DNA of 64,000 nucleotides from Atractiella rhizophila (Eukaryota): NCBI GenBank assembly GCA_021432655.1, contig MU271266.1, positions 4,288 to 68,287 of the forward strand, read 5' to 3'. Shown piece by piece: positions 53,801 to 64,000 of this stretch (position 1 is its first letter; each line of letters starts with the position of its first letter). The notes under the pieces were generated by a model. It saw only the letters and a program-made list of their open reading frames with translations, ran no database searches and was not told where the DNA came from. The position numbers and the translations under genes were made by a program.

Positions 53801-56132
53801 CCGAGGTCGAACTTGAAGGAGTATTCTCCAACACCCGTTAGATCTAGATCACAACGTCATGAAATGTGCAGTTGACAAGGGCCACTAACCTGTGATCTTT
53901 GGAGCATAATGGTAGTGGTAGAACCATGGCCATGATGCAATTCCGTCATAGTAATAATGCAGAACCCACTGAAGACCTTCGACGAAGGTGTATGTCAACT
54001 TTCCGAGCTCCTCCTTGTTGTCAAAATCGATTTCTAATTTCCCCTGAGCAGTGGATTAGTCGTGCCCGGTTGAGACACCACGGAGTCTCCTTACCCTGTA
54101 ATAGTCCCTCTTCCAACTATTCATTTTCTCTTCCAACCTCTGCTCGTAACTTTCCTCAATATCTCCCTCTGACATATCTCTCGCCACCTCAGCCTTATCA
54201 TACTTCTTGAAGACTCTCTCGATCGCTTCTTTCCACTCCCATTCTTCTGAACCACCATCCTGTAGGTCTTCCCACTCCCCATTCGTCCCTTCATCATTCT
54301 CCAATTTACTAATATCCGCCTCTTCTCTCGCTAGAGATAACATCTCCGGATCAAACCCAAGTTTCACCACATTTTGACCGTAATCGTCGTAGTCGTCGAA
54401 AGCGATCGTGAGACGTAACTCATCCGCAAGCTCTTGAAGGAAGCGCCGATCTCGTGCGGGAAAACTGTTTGGGAAAGAAATCGTTTCTGTTGGGTTTGTC
54501 GAGATGTTGTCCAACACAAACTTCTTGATTTGGGTGAACAGCCGCTTTTGCTCCTTGGTCAACACTGTAACTCTGACAATGAGTCCTGTATAACCGATGC
54601 ATGAGAGATGGAAGCAAGACAGACCTAGCTTGTTCCTCGCACGTGCCTTCTCCATCGCTTCGATATATTTGCTTTGCTTTCCCTTAAACCAATTCGAATC
54701 CGCAAACTCCTGCTCGAACATCTCCTTCTCATACATTGCCATTTCTTCCAGAAATAGCTGCAACCTTTTCGTGTTGAGCTTTCCATGCTCATTCAGGTAT
54801 CCTCCTGCCAGGACGCATTACTTTTCCTTTCCTTGGACCGAAAGAGACCTGAAAAACGAACCCGCTTTTGGTAAAATCTTTTTGTACGCTTGAAAGATGC
54901 GATTCAGAGCTCCTTCATTGATATGTAGGCCAGGTAAATGTGGCAAGAAATCGTTCCCCACGAAAATAGCCAACAAGACAAAGTCATCGATAACCCTTTC
55001 TAAATCGTAATCGAAAGGTAGATCCGGTTCGGATGACAGAGACGAAAATTCCAAATCTAGGTACTCGCGAAACAATGATAGATGAAGTAGAAAAAAATTT
55101 TGAGCTTCTAGCCTATGCTAAATCATCAATACCGCACCAGATTCGTGGAACAAATGTACCCTTTAGGCTTGCGATTGCGGTCCCTACCAAACAATACCTC
55201 TTCTCTTAATAAACAAAAGTGTGGATCGTGGCTGAGCAATCCCAGCATGATCAAGTCGGCATCTAGACCATAAAGGCAGTGGCGGACGTTGGGATTATAA
55301 TCTGGTTGTGCCTTCGCCAAACGGATGTATTCCATGATCTTGTGCTCCCCCTCTCCGGGAACCTAGCCACCGAGTCAGCAATGTAGAAGCAGCTGGGACT
55401 AGCTCGCCTCATGTCCCGAGAGAATAACCGTCACCTCTCTCCATGCTGAATCCTCTGTGACTTTCTTGTGAATGAAGTATTTCAAACTGGAAGATAAGCG
55501 CGCCATGAACGGGGTCCCTGAAGAAGACTCAGCTTTCGCCAGCCAAGTTCATCAAACCATGGTTTACCTGGCGTAATACAGTTGGAGTCAAATGGATCTC
55601 CTTTCTTCACTGCTCCTTTCCTGTCTGCCTCCCTTTGCTGCTTCTCTGCCTCCTTAGCCGTCCTAAACCTCCGACTCCTCTGTTGATTCATTTTCGCTCT
55701 CGGTGCCACTCCATCGACAGCCATAAAGAACAACTTCTTGGGCTTGATCTTTGTGAACAAATGCTCGATATATGCAAAGATTGAAAGAAAGATTTGATGT
55801 TCTGGTATGTGAGAAGGTCCGTCATCGTGGGAACAGTTGTGGATGATGCCATTCATATCAAGGTAGAGATTGTCGAATTCCGGAATCTTGTCATCTTGAA
55901 TAAGTTGCGATATTAAAGGGTACCTCTCCCTATAAGCCCCAGCACACCACTGTCCGATCTAACCTAACTTGATCGGGAAACTCGAATACGTACGACATAA
56001 AGCGAAAGAACTTGTGCGTAGTTTCATGAGAACAATGCTGCCTTCTGTGAACAGCGACTCACCTTTGGAACTCCTGAAAGGACAGCGAAGACATGAACAC
56101 AAACCCACCTCGCTGAAGGAGGACGCACCCAT
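50828..56132 (-). CDS. XRN1: 5'-3' exoribonuclease 1
   Basis: [73 protein letters not shown] and the long Xrn1-type C-terminal domains ([18 protein letters not shown]). Confidence 0.96.
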
Positions 56133-56668
56133 ATTGGTAACAACAAAACTTGACCACAAGATAAATTCTACAGGTGCTTGACTGCTCAGCTAACGTTTGC
56201 CACCTAAGTCTCCTACTTCTGCGCCACCTAATTCGTACTATTAGATTCCTCGATCGTCGTTGGCTTTCCAATGACCTTGTCCTTGGGGGGCTTTCGGGCA
56301 GAGACAAGGGGCTCGTTTCTTGCCTGCTTCACTCAGGCTTCACTTATTGAGGAAAGGGGTTGTTGAAAGGATGAACGCGGGATAGGAATTATGAAGGAGA
56401 ATATTTGTGCAACAGTACGAGACCAGCTCAGTTAGAGGACATTTTGAAAGGATGAATACCATATCACGATGTGAGTATCTTTTCTTAATCCAACTTGGAG
56501 AATGCCAGCGTTGATAACAATCAAAAGTTTTATTTGCAAGTTGGATAGATTGCAACAGTAACTGTAAACCTGGCACACATGCTCCATCTCCCCAATCCTG
56601 CTTGCTCTTTCTCAGGACCAGCTTCAATGGTGAGAAACACTCACCAGTCGCAATGTCATACCAGAGCC

Positions 56669-57192
56669 CTAATAAGTGAATGAGAGTTTACCGACGTGGT
56701 TCGGTAGGAATTTGTCGCAGTCTCCAGTGTAGTCGGAGGTGGTAGTCTCTATGGGTTGCCAATTGCCAGAATCGACATCATCAGGAGCAGAGATAGTTGC
56801 TGCTGTGCTTCTGTAGTCGTATGTGACATTGTATTCGGGGGCGAACTTAGTTATCCCAATGTAGTTCCCGAACGTAACAACCTCCTTGCAGGTAGTGGCA
56901 TCCTTTAATCCCAAAGCCAAGAATGTAAGCTCTAGCGGAAGACAGAAGGATTGTAGGAGCGTACGAGGACAGTGAACGTGGCAGTTTTCGCTCCTTGAGG
57001 CCAGGGAGTATCAGCCAATTCGGCATTGCAATACTTCCCACTTGTCTGTCCGTTGATAGGAGCGCCGCTCCAAGTGCCTGAAAGATGGGCAGACCATGGC
57101 TGAGTTCCAGGGCAATCGCGCTTCACCAAGGGATTGGCAGAGGCGAGGATGGCAAGAGTGAGAGTTGGAATAAGGCTAGCGATTTGAACCAT
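56669..57192 (-). CDS. Small secreted protein, about 150 aa, 4 Cys, KR propeptide, 2 exons
   Basis: MVQIASLIPTLTLAILASANPLVKR-DCPGTQPW...KYCNAE...TFTVL/DATTCKEV...GDCDKFLPNHVGKLSFTY*; TATAAAA at 57262-57268. Confidence 0.75.
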
Positions 57193-57874
57193 ATTGCAAG
57201 CGCAGGAGTGATGGAAGAAGGAGAAACTGGTGTCGATGGTGAAGAGAGAGCGCTCTTCCCTTTTTATAGTCGTCCCAAAGCCCATCCCCACGCAACATCA
57301 CTTTGGTGAGATATTGTCATCCCGCTCGTACTCGAGAAAGAGCATGACAGGAAGCGTTGAAGCAGGGTAAGTTTCCAGGGGTTGTAATGCCAACGGTCAG
57401 AATCACGTTGATATCTTCAAGTCTCCATCATCCAATCCTCTATCCCGGTGGATTATCATTTATTGCAGAGAACGAGGAGGATCACACGTAATTCATTCGG
57501 TTGTTCTAGCTCAACCGACGTAGTCCTTCCTGTCTGTCACACTACACGACCTACGTATCTTTCGGTGTAGGTCCTGCACGCCGTTGGTCGACGTTGGTCT
57601 CCTTGAAGGAACCACCCAATGAGTTGCGGAGCGGACTTAAGAATTCCTGTTCTCCTGTCCCCCATCAATTTCATCTTGATGCCATTTCTTTGTCTCCGGG
57701 ATTACATCGATTATCGGAAATTTGTAGAATCATCACTTGTAGAGTGTCCATACACTTTTTTAATCGTAACTTCACCATTAGTGGGGCAAATGAGCCGTTT
57801 CGAGGTGACTTGAGGTAGAAATCACATATTTGTTATTGATAACGTTTAAGAGTCGTTCACAGGTTTCTTTGGAC

Positions 57875-59661
<1,787 letters not shown>

Positions 59662-60268
59662 GGCAATCGTACGGGTTCTGAAGCCTTTGATGCTTGTTCT
59701 CAAGATTGTGCCTCGGATCCACTTGAACATTAGATTTGCTGCCGAAAAGAGTCACATGACCTAAGCGCATTTGCTCTCGGAACCTAAATTACAGAACAAC
59801 AAGTTCCAACCACTTCGACCACTGTCAAAGAAATTAGGCGAATGTCGATATTTCAGGGAACAAAAATGACCGTCAAACAGGATGAGGAGGAACTTTTGAG
59901 CATGACCAGCGTATATTCCACAGGTGTCATCGCTGGAATTCTACGTGCGTCCTGCAATTCTGCCCACTTTCCAAATGCGACCAAAACCGCTTCCCTTTTT
60001 AAAAGCCAATGCACACAGTGGCTTGCAAGAGGTGCTGAACACCTCCAAACATCTTGTTTTGTTTTGCTGATGGCGCTAAAACGCGGATCCAAATATGTCC
60101 AAAGGGCATCAGTCAAAGCCGGCCCTACATCCAAAGTGGCCAAACAATCACTTGCACTTGCTTTCTAAATCCGATGTTTTTCGCGTATAAAAACGCGTGG
60201 AATACTTCAAATGCTCCCCTTTTTGATCAATGCGCTAAGATACGTTGGATTCAGTTGCTTCTTACACC

Positions 60269-61110
60269 ATGATGCGGAACGCTATCCCACCTCAATCAAC
60301 CCAAATGGACCGATTCACCTTCGTCTGGCTGCTTTTCGATGGTCTGGTTCACTTCATATTCGAAGGCTCCTTTCTCTTCAACTCGATGTTCGGACACACA
60401 GTTGCTACTGCAGACAATATTTTTGCCAAGATGGTAGACGAATACGCTAAGGCTGACTACCGATGGGCTCATGCAGAACCCACCGTCGTGAGCCTCGAGA
60501 TATTGACTGTGTACGTTTTCTCAATCTCTCCAGGAGAATTCCCTGTTGACCCATGACCCAGTCTTGGCGCCGGCCCGCTATGTTTCTACATCGTATACCT
60601 TCTCTCAAAAGGCGACCTCAGACGGCATTATTGGATTATCGTCCTTTGTACGGCCGAAATCTACGGAGGATGGATGACTTTTTGTCCAGAATGGCTGAGC
60701 GGCTCGAAGAACTTGCGAACCGATAATTGGCTTCACCTTTGGTTTTACCTGGCATTCATGAACCTTGTGTCCGTTCTTCCTCAACCTCCGTTCTATCATC
60801 CACTGACTGTATTTTGATGAGCAGCTGGGTTTTTATCCCGCTCTACCTGATGTACGACTCCTACTTCGCACTTTCCGGGTTCCTTCCGGCACCACTCGTC
60901 AAAGACAGCGCATCTGAGGTTCTGAAGAAAGTACTTCCTAGCAAAGAGACTCTCAATGTTCCCCCCGAAGAAGAAGTAGTGGTAGTTCGAAGGGCACCGA
61001 GAAAGCAAAAAGCCAGTCCCCCAAGCGAAGGAACTGAGGAAGGATTTACTGGCGAGGAAGAAATTGGTGTTGGAGCGAGAGTGAAGGCGAGAAGGAGGAA
61101 TGCCAAATAA
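60269..61110 (+). CDS. Emopamil-binding-protein-like (EBP/EXPERA) membrane protein
   Basis: WLLFDGLVHFIFEGSF, EYAKADYRW..AEPTVVSLEIL, AEIYGGWMTFCPEW, WFYLAFMN and WVFIP. Confidence 0.9.
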
Positions 61111-61501
61111 TCCATACCATGCTGGAGGATCTTGGTGGAAGTTTGCTTTCCTTGCCTTGTGCTCTTTCTCTGCGTACGCTTTAGTAGGATGTGTTCGATG
61201 TTTCGATTTTTCCTGCTGTGCTTCGACTTGATTAAATGTTTCTTTCGGAAGGAGCTATCAGTCTCCATGTTGTCTATGTCCCCTATGATTTATTCTCTTC
61301 GGACCGCGTAGATACCCATTGATGCTGTTAATACTGATCATGTGTAACCTCAGATGGAATATCATCGCAGCGTGCGAACCAAAGCCCAATCAAAACTCTC
61401 TGTGCCCTGTATATTGTCTTCTATCCAGCTCTATGCAACACAAGAACAACCCCTTTTCTCTAAACCAATATGTTACAGGTATATCCAGCCGAACACCATG
61501 A

Positions 61502-64000
61502 TCACGGTTTGCTTGCATTCCATGCTTCATTCAATCCATTGAAGGCGCCATTAGCAATCATCCGTTGCTCTGTGGTTGTACTCGCGTCCAACTGAACTGC
61601 CCATGAGTAAATGTGTCAGAGGATGGAAGTGACATACTTTGTCTGGATGCAACTTTGCAATAGCCTTCATGTACCGGATCTTGACCTGTTTATCAGTCAC
61701 TAGCTCGTGCATCCCCACTGTCTTCCATTCCAACTCCTTCCACAACACATTATCCAGACTCGCGATCAAAGCTCGAAGATTCGTTTCCTTTCCGCCTTTC
61801 CAAGCTTGGATCCTCCCATCTACCGAGTCTTTCAGACGCAATCGTTCCGCCGCCTCAGCTTCCGCCGCATTACTCGCCTCCCTCAGCTGTTGGACCTTTT
61901 CGGAGTTCATATCCACTTTTACAATGGGGACTGTCACGGGTCGCGTGGCGGCTGGGCGTGTGGGCTTTCTTGATGGTCCTTCCACGATCTGTCGACAACG
62001 ACTCACACCTTCGCTGACCACTTTCGTACCACCGGCACTCCGATTTATCGCGTCTCCGCTCTTGAGAATGAGAAGCCAGTCGTCCAGCGCTTTCTGCCAC
62101 TTTTCAGTAGCTTCATATGCTTTCGCTCGACGACTAAGAGCCTTCCCGACGCAATCCTTCGCATCAGATTCACCCAAATTTTCTTCGAACTCATCAGCTA
62201 AGAGAGCGAGCTTAGAATCCTCTCCCACTCGTCTCTGTAGAACTATCTCAAGCACAGTCACGCAGTCCTTAATCGTTCCAGAGTTATCACCCGTTTTTAA
62301 TCGTGAAGCAGCGCGATTATTAAGGAGTGGCAAAAGAGCAAGGTGTTTCTCCGGCAAGCTGTCGATAGCTTTCGAATACTCCTGCTCAGCATCTCCAAAA
62401 CGACCAAGCTTGAAAAACTCATTCCCCTTCGATCGATAATTGGAGCAAGCGCTCAGTTGTTGCGGCGTCGCATCAATTTGCGTTCGCGGAGGTCGTCTTG
62501 GTCGCGCTGGAGCAGGCGTAGGAGGTTTTGGTGAGACAGAACGAGAGGCTGGAACACTGGTCTGAAGTATATTAGAGCTTGATGAGGGAGTCGGTGCCCG
62601 GTTGTCACGGGTAGCAACCTTCCGTCGAGCAGAGGAGACGTATGGTTGTCGTTCTGCAGGTTTGACCGGAGGACGATCTGAGAACGGGTCACCTAGAAGG
62701 GAAGGTTGTGGGGGTTGCGTTGATGAAGTAGAAGCCTGGCGTGCAGGGGGTCGTTGATGGAGCACCTCTTCGTCTCTGAAATCTGAAAATTTCTCCACAG
62801 GGACGCTGCTTTCAGCTTGTATCTCCTCAGCCCCATCAGTCATCCACTTCGGCCGTCCATTAGCAGGCTCTTTTCCTCCTCGTCTGGATGGCGCAGTTCC
62901 CTCCTGGCCACTCGATTGAGCTAGCTTTCTCTCGTCCAGTGCCTTCTTGACAGTCGCTTGAGACGTCTGATAGAGCTTGTTCGCCTTACTGAAGACGTTC
63001 ATTCCAAATGCAGAGGCTTGAGCAGCGAGCACAGAAGCCTGGTCTTGGAGCGCTTGAGGTATCTTTGGAGTTGCGGTGCCTCCTGGACTCGAGGATCCGC
63101 TGTTGGCACGCAAGAATTTAGGTATGGAAGGTCGGAAGGGATTGTTCGTGGGGGAAGTCGATTCTTCAGACTGAGGCTGAACCTGAGGAGATCTGCGCTG
63201 CGGCGGCGGTGGAGGAGGGTCGTCATCGTCGTCCAGATATCTCCTCCTCCTCGCATCATGATCTACGACCCTCTCATCTCCCCATTCATCCTCCACGCGC
63301 TTTCTCGCCTCTGCTTCTCGTTCTTCCCTCGTTGTCGTTGTTTTAGATGTGCTCTCACCGCGACCGGCAGGAGAAGGTCGACGAGAGCTCACGATAGCTT
63401 CTACAGCAGCTTCCAAGTTCCATTCGCCGTTCGGACCAACCGTTGCGAGGAGAGCATTCTTGGCTTGAGGCACCGAGAAGCCCATGAGCACCAACTCGCC
63501 CAAAATATGAGGTGGAGGAGTGCTTCCGCGCATGGGTGGTGTTCGCGGCAGAGGGCTGACTGAGGGGGACTAAGCAGATGTCAGCGACAAAAAGCACTTT
63601 GCAAGAACAAAACACACAGGTTCTAATCTGATATTCCCACCGCCTTCTCCGTCCCACTCGTTCCGTTTGGGCACAGGCTTCCCCAACTCGCCTAAAATAT
63701 CATCGTCCGCTGCTGCGTCATCCAAGAGGTTCCCATCAAGTTCGTCGTTCTCTGAACCATCCTCAAAATCTCCAAGCAAGCTCGGACCTTTCCCTTGCGT
63801 CGTTCGAGACCGCCCTGAAGCCGCAGAAGTGGATGCGGGTCCTGCTTGGCTGAAGTCGCCGAAGTCGTCAAGGAGGGGACTATTCCGGGAGGACGAAGAA
63901 GCTACTGGGGTGTCGAATGGAGAGGCGGTAGGTTTGGATGCGGTTGCCTGAGATGGAGTAAGGAGGTCAAAGTCCCATGGATCAGAGGCAGTATCAGCTT
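61502..64000 (-). CDS. Auxilin-like UBA/TPR/J-domain clathrin-uncoating factor (Swa2/Ucp7-like); 5' end lies outside the window
   Basis: UBA (LVLMGFSVPQAKNAL), TPR (KGNEFFKLGRFGDAEQEYSKAI), WKGGKETNLRALIASL and J-domain AIAKLHPDK; last exon ends LNEAWNASKP*. Confidence 0.9.

Noticed and set aside
57513..57590. Nested hairpin ACCGACG/CGTTGGT and GACCTAC/GTAGGTC
   Set aside because: Short stems only, no RNA family motif; compatible with chance.
59842..60168. Overlapping 96-108 aa ORFs between proline iminopeptidase and the EBP-like gene
   Set aside because: No motifs; probably divergent promoter or UTR sequence.
61639..63563. 266-aa and 201-aa plus-strand ORFs
   Set aside because: Antisense shadows of the Swa2-like gene.

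Overview
Gene-dense, intron-rich eukaryotic DNA from a fungus, most likely a basidiomycete (inferred from protein similarity and the many 45-65 nt introns). I can support about 26 protein-coding genes and one intron-containing tRNA-Ala(AGC). Housekeeping genes: DDB1, HDA1/Clr3-type HDAC, PEX7, Bqt4-like APSES protein, NDUFA13/GRIM-19, PUT2, Sec7 ARF-GEF, DPP-IV/Ste13-like peptidase, SNT2, XRN1, proline iminopeptidase, EBP-like protein and Swa2/auxilin-like protein. Accessory genes: a 2OG-Fe(II) oxygenase, a P450, an aryl-alcohol-dehydrogenase-like AKR, an O-fucosyltransferase-like protein, an F-box-like protein and three small secreted proteins with KR (Kex2-type) sites. Main observations: (1) a 9-exon SnoaL/NTF2-fold gene at 35903-37096 that the ORF track misses and that resembles bacterial LdpA-type lyases; (2) an exact 1158-bp tandem duplication inside the HDAC gene, where one copy carries a patch with a sequencing-error signature; (3) a 328-nt structured intron in the proline iminopeptidase gene; (4) a hidden 8-Cys secreted peptide gene convergent with the Ste13-like peptidase; (5) a 7-nt tRNA intron and frequent AAG splice acceptors. 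I found no mobile element or CRISPR array, and I cannot support a new multi-gene system from sequence alone. All exon structures were spliced by hand and boundaries are approximate.
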